From: Oscillospiraceae bacterium
GTDB lineage: Bacteria > Bacillota > Clostridia > Oscillospirales > Oscillospiraceae
Assembly (NCBI GenBank): GCA_017619535.1
Contig: JAFZSD010000025.1
Coordinates: 878 to 64,877 of the forward strand
Reading direction: 5' to 3'
DNA length: 64,000 nucleotides
Shown here in pieces: positions 44,782-55,614 of this stretch. Made by a program: the position numbers and the translations under genes. The notes under the pieces were generated by a model, which saw only the letters and a program-made list of their open reading frames with translations, was not told the DNA's origin and did no database searches. The stretch's first letter is position 1; each line of letters starts with the position of its first letter.

Positions 44782-45795
44782 ATGCAGCATCTGACGATAC
44801 CGGCGGGATACGTCCCGAAGCTGTCCGTCTATGAGACGCAGAAAGCGATAGAGTTCATCAAACAGAGCTTTCCGAAGAATCTCGGCGCGGCTCTCAACCT
44901 CAAGCGCGTGTCCGCGCCCCTCTTCGTGCGCACGGACAGCGGTCTCAACGACAACCTGAACGGCGTCGAGCGCGCCGTCTCCTTTGAGATACCCGCCGCC
45001 GGCGGCGTCGAGTGCCAGGTGGTGCAGTCGCTGGCCAAATGGAAGCGTCTCGCTCTCAAACAGTACGACTTCCGTCTCGGCAAGGGCCTCTACGCCGACA
45101 TGAACGCCATCCGGCGCGACGAGGAAGTCCTCGACAACCTCCATTCGGTCTATGTGGACCAGTGGGACTGGGAAAAGGTCATCTCCGAAGACGACCGCAA
45201 CGTCGATTTCCTGAAGGACACCGTAAAGCGCATAGTGAACGCGGTCTGCAACACCTGCGACGAGCTCAAGTGGGAGTTTCCCCAGCTGACGGCGGAGATA
45301 AACCGCGACGTTACTTTCATCACGACCCAGGAACTCGAGGACATGTATCCCGGCCTCTCCCCCTCTCAGCGGGAGGACGAGTTCGCCCGGGCCCACGGCA
45401 CTGTCTTCATAATGCAGATAGGCAAGACGCTGCGTTCAGGGATAAAACACGACGGCCGCGCTCCCGACTATGACGACTGGGAACTCAACGGCGACATCAT
45501 CCTGTGGAACGAGCTCCTTGGGCGCGCCTTTGAGATCTCCTCGATGGGCATCCGTGTAAACGCTGAATCGCTCAGAAAACAGCTCGCTGAAGCGGGCTGC
45601 GAGGAACGCGCCCAGCTGCCCTTCCACAAGGCCCTGCTGAACGGCGACCTGCCCCAGACCATCGGAGGCGGCATAGGCCAGTCCCGTCTCTGCATGTTCC
45701 TCATGGGATGCGCCCATATAGGCGAGGTCCAATCCGGCATCTGGGACGAGGATACGATCGCGGAATGCCGCAGAAACGGCATAAACCTTCTCTGA
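44782..45795 (+). CDS. asnA: Aspartate-ammonia ligase (asparagine synthetase A)
   Basis: MQHLTIPAGYVPKLSVYETQKAIEFIKQSFPKNLGAALNLKRVSAPLFV and GGGIGQSRLCMFLL-type C-terminus. Confidence 0.9.
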   Translation: MQHLTIPAGYVPKLSVYETQKAIEFIKQSFPKNLGAALNLKRVSAPLFVRTDSGLNDNLNGVERAVSFEIPAAGGVECQVVQSLAKWKRLALKQYDFRLGKGLYADMNAIRRDEEVLDNLHSVYVDQWDWEKVISEDDRNVDFLKDTVKRIVNAVCNTCDELKWEFPQLTAEINRDVTFITTQELEDMYPGLSPSQREDEFARAHGTVFIMQIGKTLRSGIKHDGRAPDYDDWELNGDIILWNELLGRAFEISSMGIRVNAESLRKQLAEAGCEERAQLPFHKALLNGDLPQTIGGGIGQSRLCMFLMGCAHIGEVQSGIWDEDTIAECRRNGINLL

Positions 45796-45907
45796 TCCGG
45801 TCCCGAAAAACGGAAAGACAAATTGACCCGGCATACCGGCTGTGGTACAATGATCGAAGAAATCTACACCGGCTCTGCGCCGGATAAACGTGCAGGAGGA
45901 AAGATAA

Positions 45908-46594
45908 ATGGAAAAACTCGTTTACACAGGCAAGACAAAGAATGTTTACGCGCTTGACAACGGCAACTATCTCCTCAAGTTCAAGGACGACTGCACCGGA
46001 ACGGCCGACGGCGTGTTCGACCCCGGCTGCAACTCGGTGAGCCTCTCTATCGAAGGCGTCGGCAAGGTCAACCTCCGCATGTCCATTTACTTCTTTGAAA
46101 AGATCCAGGCCGCCGGCATAAAGACCCACTATGTGAGCGCCGACCTCGACAACGTGACCATGGAAGTCCTCCCCGCCAAAGTGTTCGGCAAGGGTCTCGA
46201 GGTCATCTGCCGCTACAAGGCCGTCGGCAGCTTCTACCGCCGCTACGGCGATTACATCGAAGAGGGCGCCGATCTGCCCGCCTACGTCGAGATGACGTTC
46301 AAGGACGACGCCCGCGAAGACCCGCTGGTTACCAAGGACGGTCTCATCGACCTTGGCGTCATGACCGGCGAGCAGTATGACGAGATCAAGGAGATGACCC
46401 GCAAGATCACGAAGATCGTCGCCGACGATCTCAAGGAAAAGGGCCTCGACCTCTACGACATCAAGTTCGAGTTCGGCTACAGCGGCGACGACGTCATCCT
46501 CATTGACGAGATCGCCTCCGGCAACATGCGCGTCTACAAGGACGGCGAGTACATCCCGCCCATGACGCTCTCCGAGCTCTTCTTCGCAGAATAA
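45908..46594 (+). CDS. purC: Phosphoribosylaminoimidazole-succinocarboxamide (SAICAR) synthase
   Basis: [31 protein letters not shown]; short-form PurC length. Confidence 0.85.
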   Translation: MEKLVYTGKTKNVYALDNGNYLLKFKDDCTGTADGVFDPGCNSVSLSIEGVGKVNLRMSIYFFEKIQAAGIKTHYVSADLDNVTMEVLPAKVFGKGLEVICRYKAVGSFYRRYGDYIEEGADLPAYVEMTFKDDAREDPLVTKDGLIDLGVMTGEQYDEIKEMTRKITKIVADDLKEKGLDLYDIKFEFGYSGDDVILIDEIASGNMRVYKDGEYIPPMTLSELFFAE

Positions 46595-46613
46595 TCGTTT
46601 GTCCGAACGTCCA

Positions 46614-46648
46614 GGCGCCCGTTCCGGCCGGAACGGGCGCCGGCTTTA
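46614..46648 (+). terminator. Terminator after purC
   Basis: GGCGCCCGTTCCGG / CCGGAACGGGCGCC palindrome followed by GGCTTTAT. Confidence 0.6.
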
Positions 46649-46686
46649 TCATCCGCCGCGAGCGGTTCCAGGAAGGAGGCGTACAG

Positions 46687-47550
46687 GTGAAAAGCTCAGA
46701 GGAGAAACGCGGCACGCTGCTGGTTTTCATATCCGCTGTGCTGTTCAGTCTCGGCGGGCTGTGCATGAAGATGATCCCCTGGTCGGGGATGGCGATAAAC
46801 GGCGCGCGCTGCCTTCTGTCCGTCATCATCAATTACGCCTTTCTCCGCCTTACCGGACGGAAGCTCAGGGTCAACCGCTGGATCCTGCTCGGAGCGGCCT
46901 TCGTATTCCTGACGAACGCCCTCTTCGCCGTCGCCAACAAGCTGACCACGGCGGCCAACGCCATCGTCCTGCAGTTCACTGCTCCCGTTTTCACCGTTCT
47001 GCTAGCGTGGCTCTTTCTGCGTGCCAGACCGAAAAAGGCGGACGTCATCGCCTGCGCGGTAGTCCTTCTCGGCATAGTGTGCTTTTTCCTGGACAGTCTG
47101 TCGGCCGGCGGCATGCTGGGGAACGCCATCGCGCTGTTCACCGGCCTCACCTACGCCGGCGTGTTCATGCTGAACTCCCTTCCCGACGCGGATCCCATAT
47201 CCTCTGTCATAATCGGACATCTCGCCGGAGCGGTCTTCGGCCTGCCGTTCCTCATGCGCGAGACCGACTTCTCTTTCCAGCCGATAGCGTACGTCGTGGT
47301 GCTCGGCGTGTTCCAGATGGGCCTCGCATACGTCTGCTTCACCACCGGCCTCAAACACACGCCAGCCGTGACCGCGAGCCTTATATCCGGTATCGAACCA
47401 GTTCTGAATCCCACGTGGGTCGCTCTCATCTACGGCGAGGCGATAACCGCGATGTCGGTCATAGGCGGCGTCATCGTCATCGGGGCCATCGTTGTCTACA
47501 GCGTGTACAAAGCGCGCAATAATGCCGAAACGGCGCGGCCGGGCGGCTGA
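46687..47550 (+). CDS. EamA/DMT family transporter
   Basis: 10-TM, 287 aa, duplicated EamA-like halves. GTG start after GGAAGGAGG. Confidence 0.75.
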   Translation: MKSSEEKRGTLLVFISAVLFSLGGLCMKMIPWSGMAINGARCLLSVIINYAFLRLTGRKLRVNRWILLGAAFVFLTNALFAVANKLTTAANAIVLQFTAPVFTVLLAWLFLRARPKKADVIACAVVLLGIVCFFLDSLSAGGMLGNAIALFTGLTYAGVFMLNSLPDADPISSVIIGHLAGAVFGLPFLMRETDFSFQPIAYVVVLGVFQMGLAYVCFTTGLKHTPAVTASLISGIEPVLNPTWVALIYGEAITAMSVIGGVIVIGAIVVYSVYKARNNAETARPGG

Positions 47551-47570
47551 ATTTTTTGTATATTATACTG

Positions 47571-47880
47571 TTGACATACACATCCCCGTGTGATAGACTC
47601 ACGCCATAATTCAATATCAAAGGCTGTGACGAAGACGGCCGGAGCGGTGTGCTTCAGAGAATCGGCGGGTGGTGCAAGCCGACAGTATGACGCTCCAGGT
47701 GCCCATCACTTCCGAGCCGGAGGCCCGAACGCATCTGTCAGTAGGCGTCTCCCGTGAATGCTGCGTTAATGCAAAGGACTTGATGGAGTCCGCAGAGAGG
47801 CGTCTTTTCAGACGCAATTTGAGTGGTACCGCGGGTAATGACCCGTCTCAAAGGATCGACTTTGAGACGGGATTTTTTGT
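47571..47880 (+). promoter_or_regulatory. Promoter plus T-box riboswitch 1 (specifier read as AUC, Ile)
   Basis: TTGACA-17-TAGACT (47571-47599); GTGACGAAG; helix GGAGCG/CGCTCC; CAGAGAA; GGTGGTGCAAG; specifier-loop 3' strand AGGTGCCCATCA-CTTCCGAGC (AUC at 47705-47707); T-box AATTTGAGTGGTACCGCGG (47816-47834); terminator CCCGTCTCAAAG...CTTTGAGACGGG plus T6. Confidence 0.8.
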
Positions 47881-47897
47881 TGCAGGAGGCAATTATC

Positions 47898-50168
47898 ATG
47901 GACAAGACCTATACCGAAGTGAACAAGCTCATCGAGATCGCGACCCGAATCAAGGAGATGCGCGAGATCAAGGGCTATTCCGTAAACGAGATGGCCGAAA
48001 AGACCGACGTCAGCCCCGTCGAATACAGGCGGCTGGAGTCCGGCGCCGTCGACTTCCCGTTCACTTTCATACACAAGTGCGCTCTCGCCTTCGGTCTTGA
48101 GATAACCGACCTCCTCGAGGGCTACAGCGCGAAGCTGTCGTCCTATACCGTGACGAGAAAGGGCCAGGGCCAGATGACCGCCGACGAGGAGGGCATCGAG
48201 ATTCGGAACCTCGCCCCGCTCTTCAAGAGCAAGCTCGCCGAGCCCTACTGGGTCAAGTACGAATACTCCGAAGAACAGCAGGACGCGCCCATCCACCTCA
48301 CCAAGCACAGCGGCCAGGAGTTCGACATCGTCATCTCCGGCAAGCTGAAGGTCCAGGTGGGCCGCCATGTCGAGGTCCTCGAGGAAGGCGACAGCATCTA
48401 CTACAACAGCTCCGCTCCCCACGGCATGATCGCCGTCGGCGGACAGGACTGCCTGTTCCTCGCGGTCGTCATGACCGGCGACGACACCGGCGAGGCGGAG
48501 ATCCGTCAGACGGTCTCCACCGCGATGAAGACTGAAAAGCTCATCTGCGAGGAGTTCATCGACACAGTCGAGGACGAGAACGGCGCGCTGACCAAGATCC
48601 GCTTCTTCAACGACGACTCATTCAACTTTGCCTTCGATATCGTCGATGCCATCGCGGACAAGGCGCCTGAAAAGCTCGCCATGGTCCACGTCGCGAACGA
48701 CAAGACCGAGCGCCGGTTCACCTTCAAGGATATAAAGAAGGAGTCGAACCGCACCGCCAACTACCTGCGCTCCCTCGGCGTCAAAAAGGGCGACCGCGTC
48801 ATGGTCGTACTGAAGCGTCACTATCAGTTCTGGTTCACCATGATCGCTCTCGAGAAGATCGGCGCCATCGCGATCCCGGCGACCAACCAGCTCCAGCAGC
48901 ACGACTTCGAATACCGCTACGAGACCGCCGGCGTCTCCGCGATCATCTGCACGGCGGACGGCGACACCGCGCATCAGGCCGATCTCGCGGCCGAGAAATT
49001 CCCGCGGGTCGCGACGAAAGTCATCGTCGGCGAGCCCCGGGAGGGCTGGCGCGACTTCAACAGCGAGTACAAGATGTTCAGCAGCCGCTTCGAGCGCACC
49101 GAGGATTCCATCAGCGGCGACGACCCCATGTTCATGCTCTTTACCTCCGGCACCACCGGATATCCGAAGATCGCGCTGCACACCTGCAAGTATCCCCTCG
49201 GCCACTACATCACCGCCAAGTACTGGCACTGCGTCGAGCCGAACGGTCTCCACTTCACCATCGCCGAGACCGGCTGGGGCAAAGCCCTCTGGGGCAAACT
49301 GTTCGGACAGTGGCTGTGCGAGGCAGCCGTGTTCGTATACGACTTCGACCGCTTCAACGCGGACGAGATACTCCCGATGTTCGCAAAATACCACATCACC
49401 ACGTTCTGCGCGCCTCCCACGATCTACCGCATGCTTATCAAGCAGGACATCTCCAAGTACGACTTCTCCTCCGTGAAGCACGCCACCACCGCGGGCGAAG
49501 CGATGAATCCCGAAGTGTTCCGCCAGTTCGAGAAGGCCACGGGCCTTAAGATCATGGAGGGCTTCGGCCAGACCGAGACCACCCTCACCCTCGGCAACCT
49601 CATCGGCAATCCCCACAAGATCGGCTCCATGGGCCGCCCGTCCCCGATGTACGACGTCGACCTCGTCGACAGGGACGGCAACCCCGTGCCCGACGGCGAG
49701 ACCGGCGAGATCGTCATCCACACTGACAAGGGGAATCCCTGCGGCCTGTTCGCCGGATACTATCACGAGACCGGCGTCACCTATGAGGCCTGGACCGGCG
49801 ATCTCTATCACACCGGCGACCTCGCGTGGCGCGACGAGGACGACTTCTACTGGTACGTCGGCCGCGCGGACGACGTCATCAAGTCCTCCGGCTACCGTAT
49901 CGGGCCCTTCGAGATCGAGAACGTCATCATGGAACTGCCCTACGTCCTCGAGTGCGGCGTGACCGGCGAGCCAGACGATCTCCGCGGCCAGATAGTCAAG
50001 GCGAGCATCGTCCTGACAAAGGGCACCGAGCCCACCGAGGAGCTCAAGCGCGAGATACAGGACTACGTAAAGCAGCACACCGCTCCCTACAAGTATCCCC
50101 GCAAGATCGTCTTCCGCGACAGTCTGCCGAAGACGATAAGCGGAAAGATCCAGCGGAACCTTCTCTGA
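47898..50168 (+). CDS. Three-domain fusion: XRE HTH plus cupin plus AMP-forming acyl-CoA synthetase (medium/short-chain type), 756 aa
   Basis: ATG 47898 after GGAGG. HTH IKGYSVNEMAEKTDVSPVEYRRLESG. Cupin GQEFDIVISGKLKVQVG...YYNSSAPHGM. ACS motifs FTSGTTGYPK, GYRIGPFEIENV and SGKIQR. Confidence 0.85.
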   Translation: MDKTYTEVNKLIEIATRIKEMREIKGYSVNEMAEKTDVSPVEYRRLESGAVDFPFTFIHKCALAFGLEITDLLEGYSAKLSSYTVTRKGQGQMTADEEGIEIRNLAPLFKSKLAEPYWVKYEYSEEQQDAPIHLTKHSGQEFDIVISGKLKVQVGRHVEVLEEGDSIYYNSSAPHGMIAVGGQDCLFLAVVMTGDDTGEAEIRQTVSTAMKTEKLICEEFIDTVEDENGALTKIRFFNDDSFNFAFDIVDAIADKAPEKLAMVHVANDKTERRFTFKDIKKESNRTANYLRSLGVKKGDRVMVVLKRHYQFWFTMIALEKIGAIAIPATNQLQQHDFEYRYETAGVSAIICTADGDTAHQADLAAEKFPRVATKVIVGEPREGWRDFNSEYKMFSSRFERTEDSISGDDPMFMLFTSGTTGYPKIALHTCKYPLGHYITAKYWHCVEPNGLHFTIAETGWGKALWGKLFGQWLCEAAVFVYDFDRFNADEILPMFAKYHITTFCAPPTIYRMLIKQDISKYDFSSVKHATTAGEAMNPEVFRQFEKATGLKIMEGFGQTETTLTLGNLIGNPHKIGSMGRPSPMYDVDLVDRDGNPVPDGETGEIVIHTDKGNPCGLFAGYYHETGVTYEAWTGDLYHTGDLAWRDEDDFYWYVGRADDVIKSSGYRIGPFEIENVIMELPYVLECGVTGEPDDLRGQIVKASIVLTKGTEPTEELKREIQDYVKQHTAPYKYPRKIVFRDSLPKTISGKIQRNLL

Positions 50169-50227
50169 TCCCGCCCTGCGGATTGTCATATTTGTCGGTA
50201 TTTTTTGTGATTTTTTGTTCAGACTGC

Positions 50228-50565
50228 TTGACAAGCGGCCGGAGATTATGGTAAACTCCACTTCAAGTTAATATTTCAAAGGCGTTGACGAAGAGGGCCC
50301 GGGAATCTGTGCTTCAGAGAATTGGCGGACGGTGCAAGCCAACAGCAGCAGCCCCCGGTGTTTGTAGCTTCCGAGCCGGAGAGAAGAACGCGGCCCCAGC
50401 CGTCAGTAGAACTCTCCCGTGACTGCTGCGTGAATGCATAGGGTTTGTCAGAACCCAAGAGTGGCGCTTCTTAACGGGCGCAATTTGAGTGGTACCGCGG
50501 GTATATATGCTCGTCTCAAAGATTTATCATGATCTCTGGGGCGAGCTTTTTTCGTCCCGAACCGG
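50228..50565 (+). promoter_or_regulatory. Promoter plus T-box riboswitch 2 (specifier read as GUA, Val)
   Basis: TTGACA-18-TAAACT (50228-50257); TTGACGAAG; helix CCGGG/CCCGG; CAGAGAA; GGTGCAAG; specifier-loop 3' strand TGTTTGTAG-CTTCCGAGC (GUA at 50364-50366); T-box CAATTTGAGTGGTACCGCGG (50481-50500); terminator hairpin plus TTTTTT. Confidence 0.8.
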
Positions 50566-50575
50566 AGGTATTTTT

Positions 50576-52879
50576 ATGGCAGCGACGACAGGTCTTACCT
50601 ACAAGATCCAGGAGATGGCCAACCGCATCCTGGAGCTCCGCGAGATAGAGGGGCTCTCCCAGGCTGAAATGGCGGAAAAGACGGGCGTCTCCCTGGAGGA
50701 ATACATCGCGTGCGAATCAGGCGAGAGCGATCTCAACTTCGCTTTCATCTACCGCTGCGCGCTGGCGTTCGGCGTGGACGTCACGGATATCATCGAAGGC
50801 CAGAGCCCGAAGCTCCGCTCCTACACCCTGACCAGAAGGGGCGAGGGCCAGAGGATCGAACAGGCCCACGGCATGGTGTACTACAACATGGCCGCCACCT
50901 TCAGGAACAGGATATCCGAGCCTCTGTTCGTCATCTCCACCTACGACGAAGCCGCCCAGAACAGGGACATCGAGCTCACGACCCACGAGGGCCAGGAGTT
51001 CGACATCGTCGTCAAGGGCCGCCTCAAGGTCCAGGTCGGCGATCACATAGAGACTCTATCTCCCGGCGACACCATCTACTACGACAGCGGCACGCCCCAC
51101 GGCATGATCGCGGTCGGCGGAGAGGACTGCCACTTCTACGCGATCGTCCTCACTCCCGGCGAAAAACCGGAGGCGGAGGCCGTCGAGGCCGAAAAGGAAT
51201 CGCTGCAGCCGAAAAAGGGCAAAAAGCACACTCCCGGCCAGCACATCTGGGAGAACTTCATCGTCCCCGAAGAGGACGAGAACGGCGCCCTCAAGGCTAT
51301 TTCCTTCAAAAACGCGGACAAGTTCAATTTCGCTTTCGACGTCGTCGACGCCCTGGCCCGGCGGAACCCGGGAAAGCTCGCCATGCTGCACGTCGACAAG
51401 CACATGAACGAGCGTTATTTCACCTTCAACGACATAAGCCGCTACTCTTCCAAGGCGGCGAACTACTTCACGTCCCTCGGCATAGGCAGAGGCGACAAGG
51501 TGGTCCTCATACTGAAGCGCCACTACCAGTTCTGGTTCGCCGTTATGGGCCTGCACAAGATCGGCGCCATCGCGATACCCGCTTCCAACCAGCTTCTTTC
51601 CCACGACCTCGAGTACCGCTTCAACGCCGCGGGCGTCAAGGCGGTCATAGCTACCTGCGACGACGGCGTACCGGATCAGGTGGACATAGCGGCTCAAACG
51701 AGCCCTACTCTCGAGTGCAAGATCATGGTCGGAGGAACGCGCGACGGCTGGCACGATTTCGACGGCGAGTTCCGCATGTTCAGCGAGGAGCTCATCCGTC
51801 CGGCAGACGGCGTGCTGCCCTGCGGCAGCGAGCTCATGCTCATGTTCTTCACCTCCGGCACCACCGGATACCCGAAGATCGCCGCGCACAACTATAAATA
51901 TCCTCTGGGCCACTTCGTCACGGCCCGTTACTGGCACTGCGTGAATCCCGACGGCCTGCACCTCACGATATCCGACACCGGATGGGCGAAATCCATGTGG
52001 GGCAAGCTCTACGGCCAGTGGCTCAACGAGGCGGCCATATTCGTCTACGACTTCGACCGCTTCGACGCCAACAAGATCCTCCCGCTGTTCGCCAAGTACC
52101 ATATAACGACGTTCTGCGCGCCGCCCACCATGTACCGCATGCTCATAAAGGAAGACCTGTCCCGCTTCGACCTGTCCTCCATAGAGCACGCCACCATCGC
52201 CGGCGAGGCGCTCAACCCCGAGGTCTTCCGCCAGTTCGAGAAGGCGACGGGACTTCAGATCATGGAGGGCTTCGGCCAGTCCGAGACCACGGTCATGATA
52301 GCCAACACCGTTGGCATGACCCCGAGGGTCGGCTCCATGGGCAAGCCCGTTCCGCTGTACAACATCGACATAGTCGATCCCGACGGCAATTCCGTGCCCG
52401 TCGGCGAGACAGGCGAGATCGTCGTCCGCACCGACAGGGAGAACGCCCCCTGCGGTCTCTTCAGCGAGTACTACAGATCGCCCGAGCACACCGACGAAGC
52501 GTGGCACGACGGCTGCTACCACACCGGCGACACCGCGTGGCGGGATGAGGACGGTTATTACTGGTACGTCGGCCGTGTGGACGACCTTATAAAATCCTCC
52601 GGCTACCGCATAGGGCCCTTCGAGATCGAGAGCGTCATCATGGAGCTCCCCTACGTCCTCGAATGCGGCGTATCCGCCGCCCCGGACGATATCCGCGGTC
52701 AGGTCGTAAAGGCGAGTATCGTCCTTACGAAAGGCACCGTACCCACGGAGGAGCTCAAGAAAGAGGTCCAGCAGTACGTCAAGACGCACACCGCGCCGTA
52801 TAAGTATCCGCGTATCGTCGTGTTCCGCGACGAGTTGCCCAAGACCGTCAGCGGAAAGATACAGCGCAACAAACTCTGA
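50576..52879 (+). CDS. Paralogous XRE HTH plus cupin plus AMP-forming acyl-CoA synthetase fusion, 767 aa
   Basis: ATG 50576 after GGAGG. Same domain order and motifs as 47898..50168 (FTSGTTGYPK, GYRIGPFEIESV, SGKIQR). Confidence 0.85.
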   Translation: MAATTGLTYKIQEMANRILELREIEGLSQAEMAEKTGVSLEEYIACESGESDLNFAFIYRCALAFGVDVTDIIEGQSPKLRSYTLTRRGEGQRIEQAHGMVYYNMAATFRNRISEPLFVISTYDEAAQNRDIELTTHEGQEFDIVVKGRLKVQVGDHIETLSPGDTIYYDSGTPHGMIAVGGEDCHFYAIVLTPGEKPEAEAVEAEKESLQPKKGKKHTPGQHIWENFIVPEEDENGALKAISFKNADKFNFAFDVVDALARRNPGKLAMLHVDKHMNERYFTFNDISRYSSKAANYFTSLGIGRGDKVVLILKRHYQFWFAVMGLHKIGAIAIPASNQLLSHDLEYRFNAAGVKAVIATCDDGVPDQVDIAAQTSPTLECKIMVGGTRDGWHDFDGEFRMFSEELIRPADGVLPCGSELMLMFFTSGTTGYPKIAAHNYKYPLGHFVTARYWHCVNPDGLHLTISDTGWAKSMWGKLYGQWLNEAAIFVYDFDRFDANKILPLFAKYHITTFCAPPTMYRMLIKEDLSRFDLSSIEHATIAGEALNPEVFRQFEKATGLQIMEGFGQSETTVMIANTVGMTPRVGSMGKPVPLYNIDIVDPDGNSVPVGETGEIVVRTDRENAPCGLFSEYYRSPEHTDEAWHDGCYHTGDTAWRDEDGYYWYVGRVDDLIKSSGYRIGPFEIESVIMELPYVLECGVSAAPDDIRGQVVKASIVLTKGTVPTEELKKEVQQYVKTHTAPYKYPRIVVFRDELPKTVSGKIQRNKL

Positions 52880-52900
52880 TAACGGGAGCGCTCAGGCAAG

Positions 52901-53569
52901 ATGTTTGACTACAGGCGCATAACGCTGTTCGCCGGCCACTACGGAAGCGGGAAAACGAATATCGCCGTGAACTGGGCGGCCATGCTCCGGCAGCATGAAG
53001 AGAAAGTCATGCTCGCGGACATGGACATAGTGAATCCCTATTACCGCGCCAAGGACAGCAAGGAGCGCATGGACGCGCTGGGGATAAAGCTTATCTCGTC
53101 CTTTTTCGCAAACTCCAACGTCGACCTTCCGTCGATACCCCAGGAGATGTACGCCATCGTCGACGACAGGAGCTGGCATCCCGTCTTGGATATAGGGGGA
53201 GACGACCGGGGCGCCCTCGCCCTCGGAAGATACGCCCCGAAGATACTCGAGGAGAACGACTACGAGATGCTCTTCGTGATAAACCGGTTTCGTCCGCTCA
53301 CACGGGACGCCGCCGGCACGATGGAGGTCCTGAGGGAGATCGAGGCCGCGTGCCGCATCCCCTTCACCGCGATCGTGAACAACTCCAACCTCGGCGCGGA
53401 GACGGCGCCGGAGGACGTTCTCAGTTCCCTTTCCTACGCGGAGGATGTGTCCGCTCTCAGCGGGCTTCCGATAAAAATGACTACTGTCAGCGAATCACTG
53501 TACCCCGAGCTGTCGGGCGCCATACCCGACCTGTTCCCTCTGGAGCTTCAGCGTCGTCCGACAGAATGA
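52901..53569 (+). CDS. P-loop NTPase (MinD/CobQ-like nucleotide-binding fold), function unknown
   Basis: Deviant Walker A GHYGSGKTN at the N-terminus. Sits directly upstream of the oxidoreductase genes. Confidence 0.6.
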   Translation: MFDYRRITLFAGHYGSGKTNIAVNWAAMLRQHEEKVMLADMDIVNPYYRAKDSKERMDALGIKLISSFFANSNVDLPSIPQEMYAIVDDRSWHPVLDIGGDDRGALALGRYAPKILEENDYEMLFVINRFRPLTRDAAGTMEVLREIEAACRIPFTAIVNNSNLGAETAPEDVLSSLSYAEDVSALSGLPIKMTTVSESLYPELSGAIPDLFPLELQRRPTE

Positions 53570-53585
53570 TAAGGAGGAATCCGAT

Positions 53586-53792
53586 TTGGCAAAAGTAACT
53601 TTCAGGACCGACATGTGCAAGGGCTGCGGCCTCTGCGTCGGTGCGTGTCCGAAGAAGATCGTCGTCCTGGCGGCGGACCGCATAAACGCCAAGGGCCACC
53701 ATCCCGCCGAGTGCATCGACGAGTCCAAGTGCATCGGCTGCGCCTTCTGCGCTACCATGTGCCCGGACTGCATCATAAAAGTTGAGAGGTGA
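53586..53792 (+). CDS. 2-oxoacid:ferredoxin oxidoreductase delta subunit (2x[4Fe-4S] ferredoxin)
   Basis: CKGCGLCVGACP and CIGCAFCATMCP motifs. TTG start 8 nt after AGGAGG. Confidence 0.8.
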   Translation: MAKVTFRTDMCKGCGLCVGACPKKIVVLAADRINAKGHHPAECIDESKCIGCAFCATMCPDCIIKVER

Positions 53793-53797
53793 GAAGC

Positions 53798-54861
53798 GTG
53801 TCTGAAAAAGTACTGATGAAGGGCAACGAGGCCATCGCCGAGGCCGCTCTCATGGCCGGCTGCCGCCACTATTTCGGCTATCCCATCACCCCGCAGACCG
53901 AGCTTACCGCATACATGGCCAAGCGTCTTCCCAAGATGGACGGCGTGTTCCTCCAGGCGGAGAGCGAGCTTGCGGCTATCAACATGGTCATCGGCGTATC
54001 CTCCTGCGGAAAGCGCGTCATGACCTCCAGCTCCAGCCCCGGAATATCCCTCAAGAGCGAAGGCCTCTCCTATCTCGCAGGCTGCTGCCTCCCCGCGTTC
54101 GTGGTCAACGTACAGCGCGGCGGTCCCGGTCTCGGCGGCATCCAGCCGTCCCAGTCCGACTACTGGCAGGCTACCCGCGGAGCCCACGGCGACTACCGCA
54201 CGATAGTCCTCGCCCCCGACAGCGTTCAGGAGATGGTGAGTCTCACCATAAAAGGCTTCGAGCTCGCGGACAAGTACAGGATGACCGCAATGCTCCTGGC
54301 CGACGGCACGCTGGGCCAGATGATGGAGCCCGTATCCCTCGACGCGGGCGAGATCAAGACTTTCGACAAGCCCTGGGCGACCACCGGCACGAAGATGGCC
54401 CGCCCCCACAACATAATCAACTCCCTCTCCCTCATTCCCGAGGAACTGGAGCAGTGGAACCTCGAGCGTTTCGCCCGCTATGACGAGGCCGAGGCAAACG
54501 AGGTCATGTACGAAGAGTACAGGATGGAGGACGCCGACGTATGCGTCGTATCCTTCGGCATAACGGCGCGCGTATCCAAGAACGCCGTCGACGAGGCCAG
54601 GGCCAACGGCATAAAGGCCGGCATGATCCGTCCCATCACGCTGTGGCCCTTCCCGAAAAAGCCGCTCCTCGCGGCGGCGGACAAAGTCAAGGCCTTCATC
54701 TCCGTCGAGATGTCCATGGGCCAGATGATCGAAGACGTGGAGCTGGCGACCCGCTGCAAAAAGCCGGTCCTGCTCTGCAGCCGCACCGGCGGCGTCATCC
54801 CGTCGGTAAAGGAAGTCCTCGAAAAGATAAACGAAGCTGAAAAGATCGGAGGTGACCGGGC

Positions 54862-54865
<4 letters not shown>
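53798..54865 (+). CDS. 2-oxoacid:ferredoxin oxidoreductase alpha subunit (VorB/KorA-type)
   Basis: LMKGNEAIAEAALMAGCRHYFGYPITPQTE. GTG start at 53798 after GAGAGG. Confidence 0.85.

Positions 54866-55613
<748 letters not shown>

Positions 55614-55614
<1 letters not shown>

Noticed and set aside
47727-47732. GAACGC (also 50386-50391), shared by both tandem T-box leaders, considered as a GAA-CGC(Arg)-purine specifier
   Set aside because: It lies 3' of the CUUCCGAG strand that closes Stem I, so it is outside the specifier loop and probably in the Stem II region. The loop-terminal codons are AUC and GUA instead. The Arg reading also fits the downstream VOR/IlvE genes poorly.
48618-50261. 547-aa and 577-aa (51056..52789) minus-strand ORFs opposite the acyl-CoA synthetase fusions, and the 395-aa plus-strand off-frame ORF 50710..51897
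   Set aside because: These are shadow or off-frame ORFs in GC-rich coding DNA. The annotated frames contain the AMP-binding signature motifs.
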